A DNA stretch of 63,519 bases, filler included, from Octopus bimaculoides (Eukaryota): NCBI RefSeq assembly GCF_001194135.2. It is 4 parts of 4 records of this genome, joined end to end, with 100 filler letters (N's around TTAATTAATTAA, not from the genome) between each part and the next. Parts side by side here need not be neighbours in the genome. Positions count along the whole stretch, not along the records: positions 1 to 19,154 come from NC_068991.1; positions 19,255 to 40,956 come from NC_069002.1; 2 more parts are not named here. One strand, 5' to 3'. Numbering within the stretch: the first letter of the stretch is position 1; every line of letters starts with the position of its first letter. Below the pieces are notes generated by a model. It did not search any database, was not told the origin of the DNA, and saw only the letters and a program-made list of their open reading frames with translations. The position numbers were made by a program, and so were the translations under genes. This document shows, piece after piece, positions 13,959-27,003 of the stretch.

Positions 13959-14145
13959 TCTATGTAATAAGTAGGCAAGCGATTAATTAAAATGATAAAC
14001 AGGAATTCTCAACTATCGCCCTAAAGGGGTCTATTTTCTCACCCATTTCATAAGCTACATTGCTCATGCAATCAAACAAACAATTAGGTCGCTCACAGCT
14101 AACATTCTGATTGGTTCTGTTGGAAGTGTAGATTATTGTTGGGAG

Positions 14146-14190
<45 letters not shown>

Positions 14191-14523
14191 ATATTCATGA
14201 ATATATATATGTATATATGTATATATAAATAAATGTGTATGTTGTATGCATGTATAAATATGTGTATGCATGCAATACATATAAATTATCTTATCTACTT
14301 TCTCACTTTCTCTTCAATCTACAGTATATAAATTATTAATGTATAGAACAGTTTTGCTCGTTTTATCACGTACATGCGCGCGTATGTATACACAGGCATA
14401 CATATGCATGTACCCCTCTCGGCTCTTGAGTCACTCTGTGACTTCTGCCAGTTATTAATAAAATATATATATGTATATGTACTTATGTTTTGAGTTCTAA
14501 TTTCCTGTTTGCATCACAAAATT

Positions 14524-14569
<46 letters not shown>

Positions 14570-14573
<4 letters not shown>

Positions 14574-14716
14574 GTATCTGTTTGTCTCCTCACCATCACT
14601 TGACAACCGATGTTGATGTGTTTCTTTTCCTGTAGCCTAGCGGTTCAGCAAAAAAGACTGATAGAATAGGTACAGGGCTTACAAAGAATAAGTCCTGGGA
14701 TCGAATTCTTCGACTA
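14570..14716 (+). mobile_element. SINE group B, 3' half
   Basis: TGACAACCGATG...TAGCGGTTC...CTTACAAAGAATAAGTCCTGGG, matching the copy at 61905-62333. Confidence 0.7.
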
Positions 14717-14727
14717 CAACAATAATG

Positions 14728-14821
<94 letters not shown>

Positions 14822-14840
14822 CAACAACAAAAACAACAAC

Positions 14841-14881
<41 letters not shown>

Positions 14882-14978
14882 GGAAAATGGAGAGTTCAAA
14901 TTGACATATTTTAATTTATTAACATATTTTATTATTATTACAATAATATAAAAACATGTAAAATCAATATTAAAAAAT

Positions 14979-15070
14979 CCCTACAATTGTTTTGATTCAA
15001 TCCAACAATGAACAACAAATTGATAAAATTCACATTATGGAAATACTTTTGGGTAAGCAACTCATCAGGC
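14979..15070 (-). ncRNA. Decayed hammerhead-ribozyme-like motif (Penelope-type), probably inactive
   Basis: Minus strand reads CTGATGAG ... TCAAAAC-AATT-GTA-GGG. GAAA appears as AAAA and helices I and II pair poorly. Confidence 0.2.
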
Positions 15071-15427
15071 TAACGGACAGAAATCACATAGAAGTTTAAA
15101 CATACAAAACAGACTGAATCAATACATACATACACAAAATATATGCAATATATGCATACATCTCGCTCTCTCTCACTCACACAATATATATGGTTCTCTT
15201 CCTTTCCTGCCAATCGATTGGTCAACTCTATGAAAGGGGCCATAATGTCGGTATATCAGGGATTTATCTAATATGGAATTCGGTATACCCCTATCTGCTT
15301 TTGTTTTTCAAATACATACCACTGGCTACTGGAATATTTCCCTTGGATTCACATCGGTTCATGTGTGTGGGGTCTGTCTGTCTGCATTTATGCTTATGCA
15401 TATATATATATATACATACATACATAC

Positions 15428-15459
<32 letters not shown>

Positions 15460-15481
15460 TATAAATATTATATATAGATAG

Positions 15482-15520
<39 letters not shown>

Positions 15521-15535
15521 TGTGCCCATGATGTA

Positions 15536-17082
15536 CACTGCGTGTCAAATTATTAGGCAGCTCAGTTTTTTCGCAATAACAGAGTATTTATTCATTCTAA
15601 TCCAGATACATTTCTACTGCATGATAACACTCATCTACATGGACTGTACCAAAATAAATCTGATCCACCCATACATAAAGAAACAACGGCCACTTTTGTT
15701 AATAGGCATTATTTTTACCGTCCTAAATTATTAGATAGTTCTAATAAAAATGCTAATTATGCAAAAACAAACATATGTTTAATGCGACAATTAATTTTTG
15801 ACAAAAATATAATGATAACGGACTTTATAATGAACTTAATAGTATGTTTCAATGGAAATAATACAAGAAATATGACGTCATAAAGTTCTTAATGATGGAT
15901 GTATGATCCTCCACATGAGAGAGCGTTCCTGATGCGTTTATCCATTGACTTTGTCAAGGTAACTATTTCATTTGGTGTAATACAGCAGCATCCACAATAA
16001 CTTCCCAGAGCGCATCTTTCGTCGAAAACTGCCGTCCATCTTGATATATCTTCCTCTTCAGAACACTCCATATATTTTCAGTTGGGTTTAAGTCGGATGA
16101 CCACGCTGACCACTTCATCAAACAGTGTCCAGAGAAGCCTCTAGGTATTCTAGAGATTTCTTAGCTGGATGAGAGAGTGCATTATTTTGCATCAATACAG
16201 CGTTCTCTTTAATGAAACTTTCTGCTTCTTCAATCATGGCTTAAAATTGTCCTACAAAAAGGCAACATAGGCATTAGATATCATCTTAATTCCATCTGGA
16301 ACTTTCCAAAGGCCAACCAACTTGTCTCCAATGATATCAGCCCAAATCATGACTCCGCTTCCCCTTTGTTGGGGTCTCAAACGATGATGACGATTCCCAT
16401 TAATTGCAACTCACCCTTTACTCCACCCATCTGGTCCGTCTATGGTAGCACATCATTCGTCAGTAAAGAGAACTTTTGAAAAATCTATCTTCATGTAGTC
16501 TTATGCCCATTTGACTCTATTTTGTTTATGAACAGCCTTCAGAAGGGGCCTTGTAGCAGGTTTTACGTTCTTGGCTACCTGCTTCAGGAGGCGATACCTG
16601 GTAGATTTCGAAATGTCTTTCTTACCATAACGTTTAAACACTTCTCGATGACTCAGACACAAGTTCTTCGCAACTTCCCTTGTTGTACGTGACAGGGTAT
16701 ACCTGGAAACAACTCTCAATTTACTCTTGTCAGCCTTCGAACGGACAGCAGAAGACTCCACAAATTTCTTCACGGTTCGATGATCTCTTCCCAGGATCTT
16801 TGATATTTCCAATGTCACTTTTGTTTTTGCAAGCTCTGAGACGATGGTAGACTTCTCATTTGATGTCAAATCACGTTTTTGACCCATAATAACACTTTTA
16901 TTGGTCACTTGCCTAATACATTAGGACAGTAAAGTTGTTAGTTTCACGAAAATGGCCGCAGTTTGTTTACATCTGCGTGAATCCAATTTATTTTACTACA
17001 GTATGCGCAGGCAGATGTTGGCATTATTCAGTGAAAAAATATCAGGATTCGAACGAATAAATACTGTTATTTCGAAAGATGC

Positions 17083-17088
<6 letters not shown>
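15536..17088 (-). mobile_element. Tc1-like DNA transposon with long (~130 bp) TIRs and a decayed transposase
   Basis: TA at 15534-35. 15550-15675 aligns to the reverse complement of 16970-17088. Transposase runs from MGQKRDLT (16887) through VLFTDE, DGPDGW and GVMIW to SDLNPTENIWSVLK, with stops. Confidence 0.9.
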
Positions 17089-17134
<46 letters not shown>

Positions 17135-17502
17135 NNNNNNNNNNNNNNNNNNNNNNNNNNNNNNNNNNNNNNNNNNNNNNNNNNNNNNNNNNNNNNNNNN
17201 NNNNNNNNNNNNNNNNNNNNNNNNNNNNNNNNNNNNNNNNNNNNNNNNNNNNNNNNNNNNNNNNNNNNNNNNNNNNNNNNNNNNNNNNNNNNNNNNNNNN
17301 NNNNNNNNNNNNNNNNNNNNNNNNNNNNNNNNNNNNNNNNNNNNNNNNNNNNNNNNNNNNNNNNNNNNNNNNNNNNNNNNNNNNNNNNNNNNNNNNNNNN
17401 NNNNNNNNNNNNNNNNNNNNNNNNNATATATATATATTTGTGTATAAATATATATGTGTATATATATGTGTGCATATATATAGTAAAAGAACAATATGTA
17501 TG

Positions 17503-17543
<41 letters not shown>

Positions 17544-17641
17544 ACGTTGGTATGCATGTATATATGTACTTACGTATGTATGCATATATGTATGCTTGTA
17601 TGCACGTATGATGTATGAATGTATGTATGTATGTATGTATG

Positions 17642-17675
<34 letters not shown>

Positions 17676-17678
17676 TGT

Positions 17679-17747
<69 letters not shown>

Positions 17748-18754
17748 GACATATTCACATAGATATATATATTCACACATACATACACACACAGTCATAC
17801 ACACACGTATACGCGCGGTGTCAAACAAACACAAACTACCCTTGTATATGAAGAAGTCACTGAGCAAGGGAGTTAAGAAAGGTGTGAAACATCACAACCA
17901 AACAATTAAATGATTACAAGAAAGAATAGGCGATTTCTTGTGCGAAGAATATATTACAAAGCCGTAACAATGGTAATTGGCTAGAAGATTAAATAACGAC
18001 CGAATTTTAAGAGGAAGAGGGCGGTGTGGAGTGTTGACGACCGGAAAGCGAGAGAAAAAAATACAGCGTTTGATGGAAGAAAGAAATAAAATGTTTTTGT
18101 GTGTATGCGTTCCTGTGTGCGTCTATTTGCGTGTGTGTGTGGAGGGAAGGCTTAGCCGAATCAAAAGACATCAATAGGTGTCTTGTGTTCTTTCCGTAAA
18201 CCCTCCTCCTGCCACTCTCTACAGTTCTACTTCTCCTTCCTCTGCTGCCACTCCCTTTTATCAGCTACCAGCACCATCACGCACACCCTATTTACTTTAG
18301 CAAACACTATCAGCACTATCACCACCACCACCACCACCACCACCACCACCACCNNNNNNNNNNNNNNNNNNNNNNNNNNNNNNNNNNNNNNNNNNNNNNN
18401 NNNNNNNNNNNNNNNNNNNNNNNNNNNNNNNNNNNNNNNNNNNNNNNNNNNNNNNNNNNNNNNNNNNNNNNNNNNNNNNNNNNNNNNNNNNNNNNNNNNN
18501 NNNNNNNNNNNNNNNNNNNNNNNNNNNNNNNNNNNNNNNNNNNNNNNNNNNNNNNNNNNNNNNNNNNNNNNNNNNNNNNNNNNNNNNNNNNNNNNNNNNN
18601 NNNNNNNNNNNNNNNNNNNNNNNNNNNNNNNNNNNNNNNNNNNNNNNNNNNNNNNNNNNNNNNNNNNNNNNNNNNNNNNNNNNNNNNNNNNNNNNNNNNN
18701 NNNNNNNNNNNNNNNNNNNNNNNNNNNNNNNNNNNNNNNNNNNNNNNNNNNNNN

Positions 18755-18812
<58 letters not shown>

Positions 18813-19198
18813 CACACACAAATCTACCTACATATATATGCACACACACAAACATACATACATACACACGTATCTATAAACTTACATAAAGGGGGTGTAT
18901 ACGGCCGCCTGGGTATGCGTATGCGTACGTAAGTGACTATGTCTATATTAACAAATATATGTGTGGAGGGGGTATATGCATAATTTAATATTTTATTGTA
19001 TATGAATATACCGAATATGTATCCACAAATAATTATAATCCTAAATAAATAAATATATACATACAGACACACGTATATACATATATACACACATCATACA
19101 TGTATACACATATACAACTATGTGCATGTATGTATATTAGTATGTATATATATANNNNNNNNNNNNNNNNNNNNNNNNNNNNNNNNNNNNNNNNNNNN

Positions 19199-19210
19199 TT
19201 AATTAATTAA
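19199..19210. other. Artificial scaffold linker TTAATTAATTAA
   Basis: 44 N + 12 bp + 44 N = 100 bp; identical at three sites. Confidence 0.9.
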
Positions 19211-19564
19211 NNNNNNNNNNNNNNNNNNNNNNNNNNNNNNNNNNNNNNNNNNNNTATATATATATATATGTATACATACATACATACATACATATATACG
19301 TATATATTACTGTAGCAGAGAGAAGACCTTCTAGCCAACATAGAGAAGAGTTAAGCCAGTCATTATTCTATTTGTATATTGCTGTTAACATAAAGAAGTT
19401 GTAAACGTGAAAGTATGGACAGGTCAGTCTTTAACATACTGGCTACTTTGTTATCTCTTTTGTTCTTTTTACTTATTTTATATTTATCTGTCTATTCATC
19501 GCTCCAGCCATATTTACATCCACGTATGTATGTATGTATGTATGTATGTATGTATGTATGTGTG

Positions 19565-19599
<35 letters not shown>

Positions 19600-19640
19600 T
19601 TATCTATCTATCGGCTACACACACACACATATACATATAC

Positions 19641-19676
<36 letters not shown>

Positions 19677-19909
19677 CATATACATACATACACACATATA
19701 TATATATATCCATACATACACATACACGCACACACATACATATATATACATATACATGCGCATATAATTTGTCAATCTACTTCAATCCTTTCTATATTAA
19801 CCAAAATTTATTTTTTGATCCACCTGAAAATACACAAGATGTCGAAATATCGTTCACTACATAACAATGGCACTCTCCTTTTATTATTATAATTATAATT
19901 ATAATTATA

Positions 19910-19963
<54 letters not shown>

Positions 19964-19987
19964 GATGTTGTTGTTGTTGTTTGGGTG

Positions 19988-20195
19988 GTAAACTAGCTGA
20001 ATAGTTTACATGCCAAGCAAAATGCTTATCGGCATTTCTTGTAGCTTTACATTCTGAATTCAAATTTCACCGAGATCTAATTTGTCTCTCATCCTTTCGG
20101 GATTGCTAAAATAAGTACCAATTAATTGCTGGGATCGATGTAATCGCCTACATACTTTACCCTCAAAATTTCAGGCCTTGTATCTAAAGAAGAAA
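19988..20195 (+). mobile_element. SINE group C copy, diverged
   Basis: GAATTCAAATTTCACCGAG...CATCCTTTCGGG...AAAATAAGTACC...AATTTCAGGCCTTGT, following an (ATT)/(GTT) tract. Confidence 0.75.
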
Positions 20196-20899
20196 TAAAA
20201 AGAAAAAAAAAGCGCGTGCATAAAAATACGTAGCAAAAAAGAGAAATACGTCTAACAAACAATATGGCCGCCGTTTCGACGATAGAGAGACGCAAAACAA
20301 AATGGCTTCTTCGGCGTAACTATAAAAGTCCAGCGTAATGTATAACCAAACTAGCTAACTAACTAAATTTAAATAAAGTATAACATAATAACTAAATACC
20401 TAAAAACTGTTTAATATTAGTCCAAAACGCACAGAATTATTTAAACACCATATTTTTTTTAAACCAAACTCTTAAAACATTTTCCTGCCATTTTTCGAGA
20501 TGATGAAGATTCATTAAAATAATTTGGATCATTTTTTTTTTTTATTCAATAATCCGTTTTATAAATTAGCGTTCACTTTTTTTATTGTTATGGCTATTAT
20601 TGTTGCTGCTGATGATGATGTTGTCTTTGTCATTTATTATTTTCTTGTGTTTGTTGGCCTTATTAAGAGTTATAGTGGCCATTGGTCTTTCGTGAAGTTG
20701 TTGGGCGGAGGGAAGGGCGAGTCCTTCAGTTCTTTGTTATTTTTGTTTTTGCTGTTGTCATTAATCTTGTTATTGTTGTTATTGTTCTATTAAAAATCTT
20801 AATAAGCAGGGTTGTTCATTACGATTGTTTGTTGTTGTATCAGTGAATTAATAGCATTGTTGTAGTCATCGTTGCTGTTTTTGTTCTGGTTTGTTCTCT

Positions 20900-22330
20900 T
20901 AGAAGTTCTGATGGTGGTGGTGGTGGTGGTGGTGGTAGTGGTGGTGGTGGTGGTGTGGTGACGGTGGTGGTGGTGGTGGTGGTGATGGTGTAGGTAGTGT
21001 GGTGGTAGCGATGGTGGTGACGGTGGAGGTGATGGTGGTTGTGATGGTGGTGATAATGATGCTGGTGATAGTGGTAATGGTGAATTTCGTCTTGCCAATG
21101 AAGGTGGTGGTGGTGGTAATGGTGGTGATGGTGGTGGTGGTGGTGATCGCAGTGGTAGTGATCGCGGTGTTGGTGATCGCGGTGATGGTACTGTTGTTGT
21201 TGTTGGTGGTGGTGATGGTGGTGGGTGTGGTGGTGGGTGTGGTGGTGGGTGTGGTGGTGGTGGTAGTGTTCGTGGTGGCGGTGATGGTGATGGTAGTGGT
21301 GATAGTCGTGGTTGTGGTGGTAGTGGTGATGATGGTGGTGGTGGTGATGGTGGTGGTGGATGTGGTGATTGTGGTGATGATTGTGTAGGTAGTGGTAAAA
21401 GTAGTAGTGGCGATGGTGAAGGTGGTGGTGGTGATTGTAGTGGTAGTGATAGTGTAGCTAGTGGCATTGGTCACCTTGTAATATTATTGCTGTTGCTGTT
21501 GCTGTTCCAGTGACGATGACGATGATATTAGCAGTGTTGGTGGTGGCGGTGGTGCTTGAGAACTTGATGTTCATGGCAACCATCCTGATGGTATTAACGA
21601 TTGTGACGATGAAGTTACAAAGGTGTGGTGTTGGTTGCAGTGTTTTTAGTGTTAATTGTATTGGTGGTGGTAGCGGTGGTAGTGCTTATGATGGTATAGT
21701 TATTCGTGTTTTTCCTGTTGGAGGTAGTGATGATGATGATGACGATGATGATGATGATGATGATAATGCTGACGACGATGAGATGCTGATGGTGATGATG
21801 ATAATGATGATGGTGCGTTGGTGTTATTGATTGTATTTGTGATGGTAGTGGTGGTGGTGGTGGTGGTGGTAATTGTAGTGGTGCTGATTGTGGTGATGGT
21901 GGTGGCAGTGATCTTGCGGGGGGATTTTGTTGGTATTGCTACTAGTTATTGTGGTGGTGGTGGTGGTGGTGGTGGTNNNNNNNNNNNNGATGATGATGAT
22001 GATGATAATGCTGACGACGATGAGATGCTGATGGTGATGATGATAATGATGATGGTGCGTTGGTGTTATTGATTGTATTTGTGATGGTAGTGGTGGTGGT
22101 GGTGGTGATACTTTCAATGGTAGCGGTGGCGGGGATGGTGATCGTGTTGGTCGCGATAGTAGAAGTGGTGGTGGTGTTTGGTGCTCATAGCATCGATGGT
22201 GATATTATTGTCATCAGCGCTGTATCTGATGGCGGTGAGGGAGGCACTGGTGCTGGTATTGTTGGTTGTATGGATGTTAGTAGTGGCACTGACAGTGATC
22301 TTGGTTATTGTGATGCTGTATTAGATTTTG
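20900..22330. repeat. Long degenerate (GGT)/(GAT) trinucleotide low-complexity region
   Basis: Read directly. It is the source of the Pro/Thr/Val-rich ORFs. Confidence 0.9.
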
Positions 22331-23018
22331 TGTTAATGTCAGTAATACAGTTATGGTTTGGTGTTAGTGGTCAAGGAAGAGGCGGCGGCAATAATTGTCA
22401 CGTTTGTCTCTTTTAATGGAAATCGCTAATAGAATTCTCATTTGTTTCGTTGTTCACAATTATTTTTGGTTTTGTCAAGCAACAAAACGAAACAAAACGA
22501 AACAAAACAAAAGAGAGGAAGAAGAAAAGAACAAATTAAAATGGACGACGATGATAGTAACAATTACAATAATAACAACAACAACAATAATAATAGCAGT
22601 AGTAATAACAATTATAATGACATCGATGACGACGACGACGACGACGACGACGATGATGATGATGATGCGACAGTGATGACAGCGATGAAGATGATCAAGG
22701 CGCTGGAGTTGCTACTGTTGCTGCTGATAATGATGAAGATGATGATGATGATGATGAGGACGATGATGATGATGATGATAATATACACCAGGACTTACAA
22801 GTATATATAACATACAGAAAATTGCACTACTGAGCACTGCACACATCCTACGCAAAACACTTTCAATACAGTAACCATAAGAGCATCACAGCAAACCACA
22901 GCACATACCCAAGGCACACAGGGCTGCGCTCGGTAGTGAAGTGAAAGCACGCTATAAAAATAAAACTACTGAATAATAACAGTTATTATTATTATTATTA
23001 TCATCATTATTATTATTA

Positions 23019-23074
<56 letters not shown>

Positions 23075-23075
23075 A

Positions 23076-23596
23076 TGGTGATGAGAAGGAGGACGATTTC
23101 GTTTACTTGCCACAAGCGCATAGATGAGGGGGACATCACAATGACAGTCTACACTTTCTGTTAGTTGTACGTAAACTATTCGGGCATAGAAAGGCAAAAG
23201 ACGGTGCAATAAGATGAAAATATACCTAAGAATCTCCAGCTAGGGTCAGTCAAAGAATTCTTAAGTATGCGATTACTCTGACCACCAAAGTCTTGAGCCT
23301 TCGCCCACCTGTTGCTCTTCAATCTACAGATGCATTCATTGAGTAGGGTCATTCACCTAAACCACAAATTCACTGGATGAGATTATCGTTCTTCTCCATC
23401 CTCCCGTTCCTTTCCTAAGTGGAACCTAGAAAAAATAGATGACTGTTTGACCGAAGAAGAAAGAATCTTTCCACGATCCGTCCAACCTCACCCACCATAA
23501 ATCTCTGTTGGTAAAGCCACTAGGCAGAGGAATACCGGTTACCCCTAATTGTTAAAGGTGGATGTCTGGACGATCCTCGTAATGGACCCCGAACAT
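23076..23596 (-). mobile_element. L1/Tx1-like LINE 3' fragment
   Basis: Minus-strand WWVRLDG...FGQTVIYFF...SSEFVV*VN resembles the ORF2 C-terminus also seen at 44452-44978; it ends in a (TAA)n tail. Clade assignment is from recalled motifs. Confidence 0.5.
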
Positions 23597-24156
23597 TAAT
23601 AATAATAATGATATCAGAAGCAACCAGCTGGAGTGGCAAACAACCTACATTAATTTCGGAAAGCACGATTACCAAAGACTTCGTCCCCACCTTCAGGAAT
23701 TAAACACTACAGGCTCACAATTTATTTGCTAAAAACATACGAAGTCTTTTGATCTATAACAAGCTGATTAATTATCTACAGAGAAATACTTGATTAGAAA
23801 AGAAGCAGGAACGATAAGAGAAAGGGGTGCACAGTTGAAATGAGCAGGGATGGATGAAGTGAAGGGATCAAAAAGAGAGCAAAATGAGGGAAATAAAAAA
23901 TAAACCTTAGCACGGTCTAGATTGATTACCGAACAACATTTCATAATATATCATACTTTTTGAATACCAAATACAGTTACAGCTAATCATCCATCCATCC
24001 ATCCATCCACCCATTTATCCATCCATCCACCCATTTATCCATCCACCCATCCATCCATCTTTCTGTCGATATTAACCATGTACCATTGTTGAGAGAGTTG
24101 TCTGAGGAGATTCTTCGGCCTCCATAGGGACCTATCAGAAGCAGCAACCGTTATTA

Positions 24157-24322
24157 CACTCTGTGTCATTCATTCTGTGTCATACTGAATCTCACTGAGA
24201 ACTACGTGAAGGGTACACGTGTCTGTGGAATACTCAGCCACTTGCACGTCAATTTCACGAGCAGGCTGTTCCATTAATCGTATCAATTGTAACCCTCGTC
24301 GTTTTAACCGACGGAGCGCCAG
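24157..24322 (+). mobile_element. SINE group A 3' tail, 5'-truncated
   Basis: GAGAACTACGTGAAGGGTACACGTGTCTGTGG...CACGAGCAGGCTGTTCC...CGACGGAGCGCC. Confidence 0.8.
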
Positions 24323-25174
24323 GCACAGTATACATTCCTGTATGTTTACTAAATGATACACTGCGGAATATGCGCCAATTTGTACCGTGGATACATACAC
24401 GGGTTTCCAGAATATTCAGTAGCAGAAAATAACTGCTAAATTCTCTAATGGTCTTTGTTCTCTTCAGCTGAATTGCTTCCAAAGGTTTTTTTCCGACAAA
24501 TCTCTTTAGCTGTAGACAAGCGGAGAAGCTTCTAAGTTAATTGGCCAAGATCAATTAGAACCAATCTGTGTGTGTGTGTGTGTGTATGTGCGGTTGTGTA
24601 TACGTGTGTGTCTTTGTGTGTAAGTGTGTGTGCGTGACTATATATGTGTGTGTGTGTACGTGTGTGTGTGTGCGTACACGCATTCGTAAACATATGAAAG
24701 TAATGTTAAAGTACTGCGAAACCACTGTGATCAATATTAGAATCATCTCCTGAAACCAAATTCTTCAGCGGTGGTCCTTAACATCCCCTTTTATATACTA
24801 AACTCTCTCTCTCTCTCTCTCTCTCCCTCTCTCTCTCTCTCTAATAAGGATTAAGTCTTCTACAGCAAAGTTTTCTTTGATCTTTCATATCTAATTCCAT
24901 TCTAATATAGTATTACATAAATATGGCATTAGTTTCTAGTGTTGCTTAGTTCAAACATTGCATAATCATGTGTGTCTCTGTGCGTGCATATTTCATATAT
25001 ACACTCAGAAGCAGGGCACACACATACACACACACACACACAAATACATACATACACATACATATTCAGTCACACACTCCTAGAAACAGATACATACATG
25101 CACACAAACAAACGTGTTTACATACATATAAATCTATTTATCTGTCTGTGTGCCTGTCTAACTCTCTTTCTGTA

Positions 25175-25206
<32 letters not shown>

Positions 25207-25423
25207 GGTCTTTCTGTCTGCCTGACTGTCTTTTTGCCTGTCGGTCTGTTAGCCTGTTTAACACTCTCCATATATGTTTATTGCACAAATTTGTAAATAA
25301 ATTATTATGCATTAATTGAAACGGCTGTAAGAAGCGAAGATGACCAATTTGCTAAAAATAAATAATTGTTAACTTCCTTATCTCCATTTTCTTTATATAT
25401 GATTTATATCAACTGGATATAAA

Positions 25424-25459
<36 letters not shown>

Positions 25460-25522
25460 NNNNNNNNNNNNNNNNNNNNNNNNNNNNNNNNNNNNNNNNN
25501 NNNNNNNNNNNNNNNNNNNNNN

Positions 25523-25587
<65 letters not shown>

Positions 25588-25729
25588 GCACCTTACTTTT
25601 AGGGAAAAACAAGGATGGACACGGATGGAATGCTTTTAAACATAGATTTGATCTAGCAAAATTCAAATACATTCACGGTAACTTAAACAGTATGCCCACA
25701 GAATCGCAGCACTCTCAGGGCTACACGTA

Positions 25730-26188
25730 CGCAGACACATAGAATCAGATATACATGTATGGTCATACGGTCGGACAGTCGTATACACACACAATCATGC
25801 AAACACAGGGATGCATACATAAACACATACACATGCACGCACACACATGCATGGAGTCACATGCACATTTACAAAACCACACACACGTACATGCACCAAA
25901 TCACACACGCATACAGAGTCACAAACACAAATATCATCCTCGTACGCACTCATAGTTATGCGCCCGCGCACACACACACTCACATATACATGAATGCACA
26001 GAATCACACACGTACACATTCACAGTCACAGTCACATAGAAAAACACACTCGCATGCGTGCACACACAAACACACACACGCATTCATGCACGCACAAACA
26101 CACACATACAGCCACACACAATGGTACGCGCACGCTCAGAATCACACAAGCATACAAAGTCAGACTCACATATGGTCAGATGTACACA

Positions 26189-26243
<55 letters not shown>

Positions 26244-26470
26244 TCAGTGTCTTTCTGACACACACACACACACATACAAGATCATACACACATTGTCATA
26301 CTGTCATATGCACAGAATTGCAAACAGTCACACAAACTCAAGCCAATGATACATACACACAAGCATGCAAGCATACACACACATACACAGAATCACACGC
26401 ACGCGCACACACAGAAATCATACGCGCACACACACGAATCTCACGCGCGCACACACACACTTACAGACAA
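25730..26470. repeat. Degenerate (CA)-rich low-complexity tract
   Basis: Read directly. The His/Thr ORFs are artefacts of it. Confidence 0.85.
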
Positions 26471-26787
26471 ATGTTGTAGCCATCTTCAAGACATCGTTAA
26501 ATATCTGTCTCTGACTCCACCCAACCCAGCCGCCATATTCCACCAATTTCTCTATTATTAATTAAGACGAATATCTTAATGACCACCAAATGGCCATCCT
26601 CAACGGTTAACTGAGTATATTAACGATAATAATAATATTAATAATACTAGTAATAATAACAATAACAACAACAACAAATATAATGAAGCTAGAGAAGGTG
26701 ATGATGATGATGATGATAATAACATTAATATTATTATTAGTTGTGATAATAATAATAGCAATGAAAATAACAGCAGCAATTGTAATG

Positions 26788-26869
<82 letters not shown>

Positions 26870-26963
26870 TAATAATAATAATAATAATAATAACAATAAT
26901 AATAATAATAATAATAATAACAATAATGATAATAATAATAATAATAATAATAATAGCAATAAC

Positions 26964-27003
<40 letters not shown>

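Noticed and set aside
20260-20312. YY1-like ATGGC motifs suggesting a promoter
   Set aside because: Non-consensus matches, with no CpG island or transcript evidence.
20799-21474. 222-aa Pro-rich and 191-aa Thr-rich mucin/extensin-like ORFs
   Set aside because: Several frames are open because degenerate GGT repeats lack stops. No domain or splice support.
21727-22110. Repeated block around the 12-N gap (similar case at 38040-38220)
   Set aside because: Most likely an assembly overlap artefact.
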